A stretch of 63,024 nucleotides of DNA, filler included. It is 11 parts of 11 records of this genome, joined end to end, with 100 filler letters (N's around TTAATTAATTAA, not from the genome) between each part and the next. Parts side by side here need not be neighbours in the genome. Positions count along the whole stretch, not along the records: positions 20,983 to 24,098 come from SRR7504441_8152; positions 24,199 to 29,310 come from SRR7504441_8158; positions 29,411 to 34,637 come from SRR7504441_8187; 8 more parts are not named here. One strand, 5' to 3'. The translations under genes and the position numbers were made by a program. Below, piece by piece: positions 21,623-34,400 of the stretch. Positions within the stretch are counted from its first letter, which is position 1, and every line of letters begins with the position of its first letter. Below the pieces are notes generated by a model, which saw nothing but the letters and a program-made list of their open reading frames with translations, searched no databases and was not told the origin of the DNA.

Positions 21623-24016
21623 TCAGATGACGTGGATCTGCAGGTCCGCGCTCGACGGAGGGCAGACAACTATGATCGCCCCGGCAGTGGATGCCATCTC
21701 GGCGCCGTCTTTACCCTGTGTCCAAATCCCCGCTGTGCGATAATCGCCTTCAACGCCAGCCCTGAGCTGCGTGCACGAGCCACCAGTGCAGCATTCAACT
21801 CTGATATCGCTTGCAGAGATCGAAGACCAACCGCGCAGCTGAAGAGCGTGGATCTTGCTAGGCTCAAACCCATTGAACCAGCCAGAAATTCGCCGGCTGA
21901 TGTTGGCGCTCAGCGAGCCCGGTCCAGCGGATACAAACTCAAGTTTTGTGACCGAAGAGTTGGAGCCAATTGACTCACCGTCGTCTTCATAGTCGGACCC
22001 GTTGCCGCTAGCTGCCGCAGCAAACACCGCCCACAATCGCGTGCGCTGCCCTGCTGGAGACAGCCGTCGGCCTGGAGGCCACATCGGTATAACAGTCCCT
22101 GGCGGGACGAACAGTGGCAGCTGATCTAGGCCAGCCACAGCACTGATGTACTTTGGGCCACAATGCCTGCTTGAGCCATCCCATCCAAGCCAGCAGCCGG
22201 GAGGCAGCCAGACTGTGTATTGGCTCCGGTTGACTGCCTGCACACCTGGGGCCGAGAACGGAGGAGTGGCGTTGGCTGGTGATACAAATTGTGTGATTGG
22301 CCTGACGAGGACCTGTCCAAACATGAACTGCCCAGGCACGGTCGGAGCTTCGTCAGGCCAATCCCACCACATGGGCCGAGCAAATGGAACGGATGTCTGG
22401 TGCGTCGAGGCAGCCAGTTGGTATACCCACGGGGTGATCGCTCCACGGAGGCGGGTGATATCTCTCAGTATCACATAAGTCTCATGGCCAAACGTCCAGA
22501 TCCGACTATCTGCGTTACCTCCATCATGAGGTCGGAAGATCGCCGAGAAGGCGCCCCACTGCATGTACCGAATATACCGAGCGGCATTGACAGCTCCGTC
22601 CGCAGGAAGCGCGTCCGAGTACGGGCCGAGATCGACTGAATATGCACACCATAAGTGCCCCGCACAGGCAGCCGGAAGCAGTGCCACCGAGTTGACCAGA
22701 TGCGCCGGGTCGTCGCCAATGTCGCCAGTCCATGCCCCTGGGTACCGATGCGCACCCAGATTTCCGCGCAGGCAGCTCCCAAACGGGCCGGTGCAGCTGC
22801 CATTTAGCGGCAAATCATTATAATTGCTTCCGTCGCCCCTTCCAGGCAGCCTGTTCAGCACCAGCCCTCGCCGTCCGCTCGATGTCATCATCGAGTAGAG
22901 AGCAAAGTTTGTCATCAGTTGGAAATCCAAATTGACCGGCTGGAGCGCTGTGCCTGTTTTATTGGCGCCAGTGCAGCAGTTCTGCTGCCGAGAAGTGCAG
23001 CTGCAATCTACCCAGGGCCAGTCCTCAACACGAGACAAGAGCGCAGTTTGGAGCGCCTCCATGTACTGCTGGTCATAAAAGTCGCAGATAAAGCTCTGAT
23101 TAGTCCCCGGGTCCTTACCCATCGCTGCTGCAAACCGAGAGTACCCTTCAGGCTCGGTCTGTGGGCCAATCATGTACCCGTTTGGGTGCAGATTGTTGAT
23201 TGTCTTGATCGGCGCTCCATACGCGCTGTTGCCGCTCTTCAGTTGGCCGAGCATCTGCTGCCACTGGGGGAACCGAGTGCGGTCCCAGCTGTATCCGCCC
23301 CAGCCCGGCTGTTTGTGCCAGAAGAAATCGAACACGAACACGTCGAGCGGCAGGTCGAGGTCAGCGTACGGAGCAAGGATCAATTCAGTCACGGCAGTCT
23401 GGTTGTACAGACCCGGGATGCAGCAGCCACTATACCAAACTCCATACGCGGCCGCGGGCATCAGCGGCGGCCGGCCGGTAATCTGCGTAAAGTAGGACAT
23501 CCCCAGCTGGAAGTCCTTGCCATAGCACAGCAAGTATAGGTCAGTGGCGTTCGGAGTAGGGTGCTGCCACCACTCTCGCCCGGCCAGCCCGGGCCCCAGC
23601 CGGGCCGTGGCCGAGTCATCCAGCACGTACATTCCGAGCGGGCTCACCGGCGCGCCCAACTCTGCAGGTCCACGCAGCCCGTCCGGGCACCACTCGACCA
23701 GCTGCTGGCCCCGGCAGCTAAACTGGACTGGACACGGATGGGCAGGTTGGAGGGTCAGATTGATCTGTGCAGTGGTCAGCCGCAGCTTCCCGGGCTGGGA
23801 GTCGGCCCGATGCCAGGGCACGCTGGGCGCCCGCCGGTTGGTCACTTGGAAGGACGGCCGGTCATCCCGGGGGCCGATCTGGACACGGAGCAGGCCAGCC
23901 GCCAGCAGGGTGACTGCAGAGCCAGCCGGGCCGGGCAGCACTGCGCCTGGCAGCGGGGACGGGTCGGACAGTGCAACCACCACCGTCGCCAGGGCTGCGT
24001 ACACCAGCTTCCGCAT
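21623..24016 (-). CDS. Glycoside hydrolase family 31 (alpha-glucosidase/xylosidase-like), secreted, apparently intronless
   Basis: Signal peptide MRKLVYAALATVVVALS, LPLDVFVFDFFWH, YSWDRTRFP, HRYPGAWTGD, RYMQWGAFSAIFRPH, RPMWWDWP, QFMFG, LPLFV. Confidence 0.88.
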   Translation of the reverse strand: MRKLVYAALATVVVALSDPSPLPGAVLPGPAGSAVTLLAAGLLRVQIGPRDDRPSFQVTNRRAPSVPWHRADSQPGKLRLTTAQINLTLQPAHPCPVQFSCRGQQLVEWCPDGLRGPAELGAPVSPLGMYVLDDSATARLGPGLAGREWWQHPTPNATDLYLLCYGKDFQLGMSYFTQITGRPPLMPAAAYGVWYSGCCIPGLYNQTAVTELILAPYADLDLPLDVFVFDFFWHKQPGWGGYSWDRTRFPQWQQMLGQLKSGNSAYGAPIKTINNLHPNGYMIGPQTEPEGYSRFAAAMGKDPGTNQSFICDFYDQQYMEALQTALLSRVEDWPWVDCSCTSRQQNCCTGANKTGTALQPVNLDFQLMTNFALYSMMTSSGRRGLVLNRLPGRGDGSNYNDLPLNGSCTGPFGSCLRGNLGAHRYPGAWTGDIGDDPAHLVNSVALLPAACAGHLWCAYSVDLGPYSDALPADGAVNAARYIRYMQWGAFSAIFRPHDGGNADSRIWTFGHETYVILRDITRLRGAITPWVYQLAASTHQTSVPFARPMWWDWPDEAPTVPGQFMFGQVLVRPITQFVSPANATPPFSAPGVQAVNRSQYTVWLPPGCWLGWDGSSRHCGPKYISAVAGLDQLPLFVPPGTVIPMWPPGRRLSPAGQRTRLWAVFAAAASGNGSDYEDDGESIGSNSSVTKLEFVSAGPGSLSANISRRISGWFNGFEPSKIHALQLRGWSSISASDIRVECCTGGSCTQLRAGVEGDYRTAGIWTQGKDGAEMASTAGAIIVVCPPSSADLQIHVI

Positions 24017-24198
24017 TTTCGCTCGAATCGACACCTCCTGAGGTGATGACAGGATGAGGCGGGAGGGGCTACACCGCAAACTTAAGATGCGTTTTAAGNN
24101 NNNNNNNNNNNNNNNNNNNNNNNNNNNNNNNNNNNNNNNNNNTTAATTAATTAANNNNNNNNNNNNNNNNNNNNNNNNNNNNNNNNNNNNNNNNNNNN

Positions 24199-27100
24199 GA
24201 GCCGACAGCGGAGATCGACCCCAAGTTGGTAGAGGCAGTGGCAGTAGCCGACGAGTTGCGGGCAGCACTGCAAGCGAGCCCCGTCAACGTGGACATTGTT
24301 TACGACCGCTACTCGCAGCTTGAGCTGCTGATGACCCACGAGCGGCGGCAGGCAGACGAGGCGTCAGATATCCTGCAGACGATGGATGAAGCCAAGGAGG
24401 TGACTGGGTGGCTCGATGGACTGAAGGCCGAAATCGACGGACTCCAGCTGATCAAAGAGGTGCCGTGCCTGTAGCTCGTAGCCCTCATTGCCGTGTAGTT
24501 ACCGGTTATCGCAGGTGGAAGCTGTGATTGCGCGGCTAGAGACCATGACCGGAGGCGTGGTCGCCACCAGCAAACTCCAGGCCGCCGAACGTGTGAATGA
24601 GCTGCGTGCCGGCCTCGTGAGCGAAGGCCTCAAAGACGCTAACACAATCGAGCTGCTTCAGAAGCTGCAGAGCGGCCCGGAGGCGAAAGCGCTCCCAGAG
24701 GACACCCCTGTCCTGGGCACCCTCGCGGATGAGCTAGGGAGGCTGGAGGCTATACTGGCTACTCTGACTGGAGCCCAATCACTGCAAGAGATCCGTGCGG
24801 CGCTAGACAAGGCGGAGGAGGCTGGGCAGCCGGTGGCGACCGATCAGGACGGCAAAATGAAGCAAGCACACTCGGACGCACAGAAGCGGCTGATTAAGCT
24901 ACAGGCGATGGCCCTGGTGGAGGGTGCTGTCACTATCGAGCTCTGCGAAGCTGCGCTCTTGTTCATTCAAGAGAACCAAATCGACGACATGTCGAGCGAG
25001 GTTAGCTGGCTACGGCCGGAGCGCGTTTATTGACTGTTCATGTGGCAGGTGGAGACGGTTCAGGCCAAGCTGGCGCAGCTGAACCAGATCGTGGCAGACT
25101 TGGGGACCGCTACTACTCTGGCCGAGTTCGCAACAGTGCTCAAGTCCGCTCAAGCCGAGCAGAACGAAGGAAAGCTAAAAGAGAGCACAGACGCTGCACA
25201 GGTGGTCCAGCAGAGTAGACTCAAGTGCCTCGATGAGATTGAAGCAGCGTCAGCAAGTTCGGCAGCGCTGCTTGTCGCATTGAGCGTTGTGCTGCAAGAA
25301 AGCAGGCACACACAGAGGCTGAATGAAGAGGAATGCTACCAGAAAGGCCAGGGCCAGCTATCAAGAATGCTTGTGGAGCAGATGGCCGCTGTCGATTTAG
25401 ATACCGAGGCGCTCAAGAAAATGAACCAAGACGAGCGTTCTATGAAAGCTGACCAGCTGGGCAAGCTGATTGAGGAATCCAATCAGGCCAGTCAGGTTCT
25501 CGCTCCGGGCGTCATGGACGAACCATGTAAAGAAGCCCAACAGAGGCTCCAAAAGATCAAATCGTTTGATGCAGTTGCAGAGGCCAACACAATCGAAGAG
25601 CTTGAGCTCGCTCTGCAGCCTGCGACCTCTGCTCAGGATTCGGCATATGCCAAACAGATGGAGAAAGGTCAAGCATTAATGGAGAAATGGCAGGGTGCTC
25701 GCGGCAAGCTCAACGACGCTGAGACCTTTGCTGAGATGCTTGCAGCTCTTGAAACCATGGAAGCGCTGTCAAAGCCGGTGAGACTTACTAATAGTGCCTC
25801 GATTAAACCGGCAACAGGCGAAAGGCCCGAAGCTGGATCTGAAAAAGGGCAGTGCTGCGGAGGCGTTTGAAGACTGTGGGAGGAGGCTCAAGGAGCGGGA
25901 AGCGTATGGAAACGATTTAGACGCGGCTCACACCATCGAAGAACTTCCTGCCGTGATTAGCAAATGGCAGCAGGTCGACGCAGAAGCTCAAACACAGAAA
26001 GGTGTCGCGAGGATGGAAGAGGAGCAAGTCCACAAGGAGGCGCAGCAACGGTACGAGAACCTAGTGAGAATTCGGGATAGCCTCGATGCTGGGCACAGCA
26101 TTGCAGAACTGGAGAGCTCGGTGAAAGAAGCCGAAGCTCTAGAGCACGACAAATCGCGTACAGGCTCCCTGTTGGCCGCTCTGACCTCTGCACATGAGCG
26201 TCTCAAAGAGAGGAGAGAAATCAAAACATCATTGCAGAAGCTCAGCTCAGAAGGCAACATCCGTGACTTGATTCCAGTCCTGGCAAAAGCCCAAAAGGTT
26301 GAAGGACTGGAGGCTGAGTCGGCAGCTGCTTCGGGTAAGCTAATTGAATTACAAGAGGAAATGCTAAGAAGCTCACAGACGATCGACACTATTGAGGCAG
26401 CCCTGGCTGCTGCAACTTGCTCTTCAAGCGTGTTACCCCCTGGGGCGCTGACGACTGCAATGGAGGATTGTAAGAGCAAATTACAGAGACTCTATGCGTT
26501 GAAGGCGCTCGCAGAGTGCCAGACCATCGAAGGCTGCTACATAGGTGCCTGCTCCCTGATCATTGCTATGCCTGAGATGTGCCATCGCAGCGCTGAGGCA
26601 AGCCACAAAGGTCGGAGAACGGGATCGTGCATTGGATGCCGAAGTAACACGTGTTAAGAAGATGCTGCAGGAGCAAGAGGATTTGTTGCATAGCCTAGAA
26701 GATGCCATGTCAATCGATGACCTAGTTGCAGCCACCGCGCAGGCCGCCCTTTTACCTGAGGCGAGTTTAGTAGATCTCCGGGAATCGCAGATGAACCACC
26801 GCGCGAGCACTCGAGTCAGCATCTCGGGAAGTTCCAGGCTGAGGACTGCATTAGATGAAGCAAATGCTCGCCTGGTAAAGAGGCAGCAGCTCAAAGAAGG
26901 GCTTATCACACACACGGTGCACGCTTAGCCCCCCAATGCACCAGTTGATTGTTTTACAACAGGAGGTGGGACCTCTGCGCACTGCTGTCATCAGTTCGCG
27001 GTCGTTACGAGGTTTGGAAGCGGAATCGTTGGCTGGCAACACCAAGCTGATCAAGATGCACAAAGAAGCGCTTCTCAAGTCTGAAAGCATCGAAGAGCTT

Positions 27101-28314
27101 CAAGCTGCACTGCTTGAAGCACTTAACAGCAACAAAGAAGAGATTACAGGGTTTGCGTCAGAGAAGAGCCAGGCCAAAAATAAGCTATCGCAGATGCACC
27201 ACGACGCATTGACTACTGCCGTCGAGAAGAGCTCTCCTGAGAACGAGCTGATTGATGAGTCCATCAAGGAATTGAACCGAGTCACCTTTGCTGCAGAGCA
27301 GGCAATGGAGGCGTTTGGGCTGGTCGGTTTCGAGTTCGAGCTGGAAGACGCAATCAAGCGTAAGCCCGTGATTCAAGTGCTGAACAGGATGATCAACGCA
27401 AATACTGAGCAAGCGTGCCGGGATGTGCTCCAGGGCGCTGCTGAGCTGCGCCGGGAAGATTCGGAGGTCGAAAACATGGCGGTGGCCATCGAGATTAGAC
27501 TGGGTCGTCTGGTCATTGCCAATGCAGTTGCCAGCGCGAATACGATCATCCTCAATTCGGCGGCATTGAAAGAGGCCGAAAAATGGGTTTCGGATCACAA
27601 AGACATAGCCACGAACGACGACGGCATCAAGCGCGAACTGGATGAATCGACCAAGATTGTGGAAGACTGCATCGGTACGCTTAGAACGAGGCTTCAAGCT
27701 TTCCATCAAGCTCTTGCCGGGTATCTATCCAGCCTCGTGCCTGTACTTGACTGGTTTGATCCAGGTTGAAGCAGTCCGAGACTCTGACAGAGTACGAGCA
27801 CTGGATCGCAACCACTGAGAAGCTGAGCGCAAGCCACCCACTGCACCTAGAAAACACTGCTGCCGGGTCGGTTGGCAGTCACTATCAATTGGCAGTGGCC
27901 CAGGCCGCGAAAGTCCGTGCTACCATGAAATCGTATCTCTCGCGTGTCATCGACGAAGGACAGATCATGGGGAAGTCCGTGTGTGAAGATGCGCCGCCGT
28001 ACAGACCACTAGGACAGGTCAATGATCGGACCTGCGGTTGTCTTTTCATGTGTTGCCGGAGCTATGTCACTTCGTCATCGTATCAAGGTGACTTGATGGA
28101 CACCTATGTACACGACGCAGACGGCGAACAACTGCTCAAGGCGCTTCAGCCACTCGGCTCAAAGGGTGCTGCTCAGGCTGCTGTTAGCAAGCTGAAAACG
28201 TTCGGCGGGGTGTGTATTAGCACAGTGAGCTACTCGTTGATGAAACATGCCCGGAGTCTGATGGCTGCTTCGGGGGACGCACCGGTGTACCGAAGTTCGG
28301 CGGTCAATATATGA
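24199..28314 (+). CDS. Large alpha-helical repeat protein (5' truncated, multi-exon)
   Basis: Consecutive + strand ORFs joined by short GT-AG introns, with a recurring A-x-(T/S)-(I/L)-x-E-L-x-x-A-L motif. Confidence 0.7.
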
Positions 28315-28595
28315 ACGCAGGGGAGGCAAACCAGCTGTCCGTCTATAGATAAATGCTTGGGTGAATTCAATAAAAATCGCTAGCTGCTCTTCAAAGTCGT
28401 CGCAGTTAAAGCGCTATACTCTCGAGCCTTGGCTTGATACGAGTCCATTACATTATAATAATCTTCCATGGTCCGGATCGGCGGGCTAGGCGCTTGGGCA
28501 GCGCTGACTGGTCCGGTTAGCTCGACCTGCCCGGCAGCGCTCACTCGACCAGCCTACGACCGGCCAAGCATCGTATTAGGATAGGCAGCCATACA

Positions 28596-29272
28596 TTAAC
28601 CAAAGCGTCGTCTTACCACGAGCTCCGCTATCGCGCGCCCACACTCAGCATACTTTTTCCCGAACCAGGACCGGCACGCTTTGTGCACTAGCCCGGTCAG
28701 GTTCTTGCCGTTGACATGGACTTGCATCGGTCCCGCCTCCGAGTTCCGCGCCTCGCTGCTGACCGCTCGCACGCCCCGGGCGGCGGGCCACACCCGGCCA
28801 GGATCACGCCCAGGTCCTCGGCGGCCTCGGCCAGCTTGTCGGCGAGCTGCCGGTCGGCGCAGCTGCCGGCGCTGACGCCCAGCCCCCGGACCGCGCCCGA
28901 CAGGTTGAGCATGGCTGTCCGCCGGCTGTTCCCCAGGCAGCCCCCAGGCAGCACCGTGCAGCCGAGGTTGATCGAACTCGAAGGCGGTGAACGCCCGGTG
29001 GAGCTGATCGTGGATGCTGCTGTACTCGATCGCGCATGTGTCCAGCTCAAATCCAGCCTGCGGCAGGCTGAACGGCCGGGGTGCGGCAGGCGGACCGAGA
29101 AAGGGTCTGGCCGCACCTTGACGCCGAGGCCCTCGAGCAGACCTTCGAACAGCGTGCCCACCTGCCGCGCACCTCGGGCCCGCGCCCGCCGGCACAGCGC
29201 CTTCCAGTGGTGGAACCCGCCGATCCCCGCGGCGCCGCACATCAGCCCCAGCAGCAGCACCCCGCACCGCAT
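28596..29272 (-). CDS. Small secreted helical protein, multi-exon
   Basis: Signal peptide MRCGVLLLGLMCGAAG and spliced C-terminus VHVNGKNLTGLVHKACRSWFGKKYAECGRAIAEL. Confidence 0.5.
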
Positions 29273-29411
29273 CCTTCTTCCCTACTTGATCGCTCTCCGG
29301 GCCCAGGCCANNNNNNNNNNNNNNNNNNNNNNNNNNNNNNNNNNNNNNNNNNNNTTAATTAATTAANNNNNNNNNNNNNNNNNNNNNNNNNNNNNNNNNN
29401 NNNNNNNNNNG

Positions 29412-29567
29412 GCGGTAGCCGATGGCAATTATTCCCAGGCGGCCGAGCTCAAGACCCAGCGGACCGCCAGCGAGGAGCAGCTGAACCAGCTCGTGGAGGC
29501 TAGGCTGGCGAACAGCCGGCACACAGATGCAACTAGCGCAACAGACGGCTCACAGCATGCATCGTAA
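29412..29567 (+). CDS. C-terminal gene fragment with UVR-like motif
   Basis: AVADGNYSQAAELKTQR...* resembles the UvrB/UvrC (UVR) helical motif. Confidence 0.4.
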   Translation, partial: AVADGNYSQAAELKTQRTASEEQLNQLVEARLANSRHTDATSATDGSQHAS

Positions 29568-29836
29568 GCAGTGTGTCGCGGCCGTCCAGAATACACGAGG
29601 AACAGAATGCATAATGAAACCGCTTGCACGTGCACGACCAATGATGGTCAAATTTGGCCTGACGTATTGATTATTGCAATGCATCAAAGCACGCTCCATG
29701 TCTCGGCTCCTTGCTTTACAGGCCGGTTTTAATAGCAGATCGTTTTATAGGTAATAAATACGTCGATTTTAATAGCAGGTAGCACAGATTCCATGTCTCG
29801 GTTCCTTGCTTTAATAATTGTGATGATAATGAAGCG

Positions 29837-31170
29837 TTAGATGCTTTCTTCAATCCATGTGCCGAATCTCTGCTTCATCGCCAACGTGAAGCAAGAGAGG
29901 TCGGTGCTGTTACTTCCGCCCAGAATGAAATCCACGACCTCCCTCTGCTCCGCTTCGAGCCGCACCCGGTCGGCTTGATCCTCTTCGTACTCCGCTAGGG
30001 CCAAAATGTGGTAGAAAGCAAGGCTCAGCTGAGCCCGCGAGACTTGGCCGGTCCCGTTAGAGTCCATCAGCTCGAATAGAGCGCGGCAGTTGTCGAGCCA
30101 TAGAGCAGCATCACTGCCCTCATTCATAAAGCTCTCCCAGCATGCTTCAATGTTCCCCACCTTAGCCTCCGTAGGCCGCACAACAGCCTTTGATGGCTGC
30201 GCAACACCAGCAAGCAGTTGCCGGGTGACCTCCCGCATCCCCTCGGTCACAGCGTCTGTACCCAACGGGCCCGGCCTTGGAGGTGTGGCCCGCTCTGCGA
30301 GCTCGTCCTCCAGCTCCGCTACTCGTAGCGTCAGTATGCTGATCTCCCTACACAGCTCGGCCTTCTCCACCGCCCACTCACCCTCTGCGCTGCTTGCCTC
30401 GCTCTGGTCCAATTTGGCCTTCATCGCATCCATCTGCGCCCCACGCCGCTGCATGATCACTGCCCGCCACGAGTCTAATATCCTAGCTGTCCTGAGGTTC
30501 TTGAGCCGAAGCACGCACTTGACTCTCCGCCGCTCAAGCACCGCATCCTGCCGGCGGCTGGCGGCCGATGGGCTCTCCCTCTGGGGCTTGCTGTACGAGC
30601 TGGTCCGGTGAGAGGGCCTGGCGGGGCGCTTCCTGTCGGCGCTGCTGTTTCTGACCCCCTCGTACAATCCTAGCGGAAGCACTTGAGCCAGCAGCTTATC
30701 AATGTTGCCGTCGTCGCAGTTGAACCGATGGTGCGTGTAGCCCAGCAGCTGCGCCACGCTGTCGGCGTGCGTATGAATCGTTTGGCTCCGGCGAATCGCC
30801 GAGACCTTGCAACCGACCCAATCCAGCCTGCCCCAGGCTTAGCTGCAGCCGGCCGCCCTGGCACCGCATCCAAGAGTTGGCCTGGCTCGACCGCAGCAGC
30901 GCGTGCACCACTCGAGAGTCCAGGTGCCGCAACGCGCCGGTCATAGCGTGAATATCCCCCTGCCCCCTCTGCAGCCCCACCCCTCAGCCCGGCCGAGTGG
31001 GTTCCGCACGTCCAGCACGGTCAGCCGGATCGGCCTTTTGAGCGTATATCCGACCAAGACCCAGTCCGTTTTACCCTCGCTCTCCCTCACATCTGACGGA
31101 CCAGCTCGCCAAACCCAGCCAGCAGCGCAGCACCGTAAACTGCCTCGGCGACAGCAGTGGCGTCTTCCAT
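29837..31170 (-). CDS. ADF-H (coactosin/drebrin-like) domain + coiled coil + EF-hand protein
   Basis: Spliced N-terminus MEDATAVAEAVYDVRESEGKTDWVLVGY...RLDWVGCKVSAIRRSQTIHTHADSVAQLLGYTH matches the ADF-H pattern. EF-hand ALFELMDSNGTGQVSRAQL. Three short introns. Confidence 0.7.
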
Positions 31171-31407
31171 CCGGGTGCAGCGAGTCACGGGCTCGAGCAG
31201 GCTGTGCGCTGCTACTAGCTCTGGCTGATCCGAGCGCTAGTCGCGGAGCACAGCCCACCCAGCGCCGGGTTCCCTGAAGCGCACCTGTTTGGTGGCCATC
31301 AGCCTGCAAATCGGCCAATCAACGGAACAAACGAAAGCCGCTCGGGCAAGGCTTTGCGGGGCACAGCGCGGCAAGGTCTAGTCCGTACCAGCAAGCGTGC
31401 AGCCGGG

Positions 31408-34400
31408 ATGCTCGACCAGCTCGAGCGGCTCTTGGCCAACGACCCGCAGCTCACCTCGCTCAAGCTCAGCCACGACTATGTCGGCGACCCGGGCGCGTCG
31501 GCGCTCGCGTCGGCTATCGAGAACAACACGGTGCTGGCCGAGCTGCATCTGGTGGGCAGCTCGATCGGGGACGCGGGCGTGGTCGCGATCGGCCTGGCGC
31601 TGCAGCACAACTCGGCGCTGCAAGTCCTGAGCCTCTCGGGCAACACGATCGGCGACGACGGGGCGGCCGCGCTGGCGCAGGCTCTCGAGCAGAACTCAAC
31701 GCTGACCGAGCTCTACCTGCGGGGCAACGCCATCACCGACCTCGGGGGGGCGATGGTGCAGGACACACTGCAACGGAACAGTACGCTGGCCCGGATCCAG
31801 CTGGGCGGCAACCAGATCTCCCCAGAGCTGGAAAGTCAGATTGGGCAGCTGGTCAGCGTGCAAGAGCGCGCCGCGCGCCGGGACGCCCTGGCCTCCGTGC
31901 CAGCGTCGCCGGTGGGCGTGCCGCCGGCTGCCAGCCTGATTGGGGCCAGTGAAGAGAATGAGGCTGACGTCGCGCGACAGGACGATGAGGCATTTGGAAT
32001 TCCGGCGATGACCCGCGGAGCGGCCTTCCGTCAGAACATGCGGCGCGAGTACCTTCAGGAATCGGTTCGGCCCAAGCCGTCGGCCCACGCCGGCTGGCAA
32101 GGCGAGCCGCAGGCGGCCCCGCAACGGGGGGCGGGATTCAGGCAGCGCCTCAAAGAGGCTTACCTGAAGGAATCAGCCCGGCCGACCCCGTCGGTGCACG
32201 CGACCACATCCGACGTCGAATGGGCGACCGGCCCGGGGCCTGCGGGTGGCCAGCGTGTGGACATGGCGCACTCTGTGGTGCCGGGGGCCGATATAGCCAA
32301 CCTGTCGACCTCAGAGCAGGGAAAGCTGCGCGACTGGGCGATAGCCTCCAAGCCGGATAACCTGACCCCAGCCGAGCGGGATGTCATGCGAGCCTACCTC
32401 CAGACGCTCTCCGAAGACGACCAAATTGATATTGCGATCCAGCAGACGATGACTCCGGAGCGAAAGCGGTTTGTCAGGCCCGCTCCTGCTGGCTCGCAGC
32501 CTCCGCAGCCTCGGACAGTCTCAGCAGCGGCGGTGCCCTGCCGAGCTGCCGGGCGGTCTCATGGCGGGGACAGGCTGGATCTGAGGTGGCCGAGTTTGCC
32601 GGTAGGAACCTGTCGGCGCTCACTCCGGAGGAGCGGGACCGGCTGGAGCGTTGGGCGGTTGCAACGCCGCCTGATAGACTCACAACGGACGAACGCGGCG
32701 TGATGCGAGCTTATTTAGGGACGCTTACCGAGGAGGAGCAAATTGACATCGCCATTCGGCAGACAATGAGCCCAGCAGCGCAGCCCATGAGTTCGGTATC
32801 TGGCCTAAGCATGCACGTGGCGGAGCGCTGAGTAGTGGTTGCAGGGGGTGGTAGTGCCGGAGCAGTACCAGGAGAGTATGATGGTACTGTATGAGCTCGG
32901 CTTTACAAACGAGCGGGCGTCACTGGCATGCTTGGATGCTGTCCAAGGCGACATCAAGCGGGCGGCAGACATGCTGGCAAACCAGGGTATGTGGCTGCTC
33001 TGGCTTGTGTGACGCCTCTGGGTGCCTGCAGCTCAAGATGGGCCAATCAGCGGCCAGCCACAAGCCCAGGGCGCCGCTGGTGACAAAACTGCCGTGCCAA
33101 GCGGTGGCAACGTCTCCCAGCCAACGAGTCAATTCGCAGCAGGGCTGGCTGCCCTGCAGCAGTCGCAGCCAAGGCTGAGCCAAGGCCCAGCTGTGGCTAG
33201 CCAGCCTCGGCCGGCCAAGCCATCGACGAGCCCCAAGATAGTTCTCAATAAGAGTCCCAAGGCAACCCAACGGAAGCCCAGCACAGTCCATTGAGTCTGT
33301 GGCAGGCGGCTGGCTCATCTCCAGGTGTCGACGAAAGCCTTGTCACCGAGTTGAAGAAGGCATCCCCTCTACAGCCAGCCTGCTCACTCCTGTTGCAGAA
33401 ACTGAGCAATCGGCTCCCCAAAAAGCCGCCAAACGACTCGGCGCTGCTGGTGGCGCCTGTTCCGTTCACCCCCAATGCTGGCCTGGCCTGGGCGGCTCGC
33501 CGCTCGGCCGCCTCGGAGCTCTCGCAAGGGATGCGGCGTGGGGGCAAGGGCGGCGGCAAGGGGAAGGGCGGTCCGCCGGTCCGCGGGAAGACCGATATGG
33601 GTCTGAGTGCAATGAACAACTCGGATACCATCTCGCGCGACGCTGCCGTGATCGCCATGATGCGGAATCTGCGAGGCGGTCCGGCCGAGAGGCAGCAGTC
33701 AGGGCAGGCTGGCGAAGGCGAGCTGGGCTCTGTGGGGGCGGCGGGCGGTCAGCTAGTGGATGAGTTCAAAGGGAAGTCCAAGTTCTTCGCCCAGGTGAAC
33801 AGCGTGCTAGAGGAGCACGGGTCAGCGCTGCACGCACTCGCGGCCGAGCTGCGGGAGTTCAACGGGGAGAGCTATGACGCAATCTCGAGGATGTGGGCCA
33901 ATATAGAAGCGCACCTGGAGCCACTCGGGGACGCCGAGGGCGAGGTGCTCAAAGCGATAGACGGCTGGCCTTACAGCAAGATTGAGTGCATCATGATGGC
34001 GGTGAAGAGGCACAATTCACTGTCTGAGCTGCTAGACAAAATCTTGCGCTGGCCACACGCTCAGATGGAAGCGCCTGCCGAGCTCACACAGCTTGGCAAA
34101 GCGATGGAAGCCATCATGAAGCGGCTAGAGCGGCTGAGCCGAAGCCGGTGCACATGCCCGCGCTCGACCAAGAACTTACTCGGATGTCAGGGAGGAAGAC
34201 AAGGCCAAATTCGAAGCCGCTTCACTCCAATTTGACTATTCGTTGGTCACGAGAGTCGCCCAGTCGACGGTGCGCCATTCCCTGCGCTGCTCAGCTGAGG
34301 TTTGTTTGCTCAGGTGGTTCTGGCTCGACGTGCAATGACCCTAGCCTTGTCGCTGTGTGAGCGCTGGGGCTCTGAGAAGGTGGGGGTGGAGCCCATGCCG

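Noticed and set aside
29695-29813. 24-nt direct repeat as a CRISPR-like array
   Set aside because: Only two copies, in a eukaryotic 3' intergenic region, with no cas genes.
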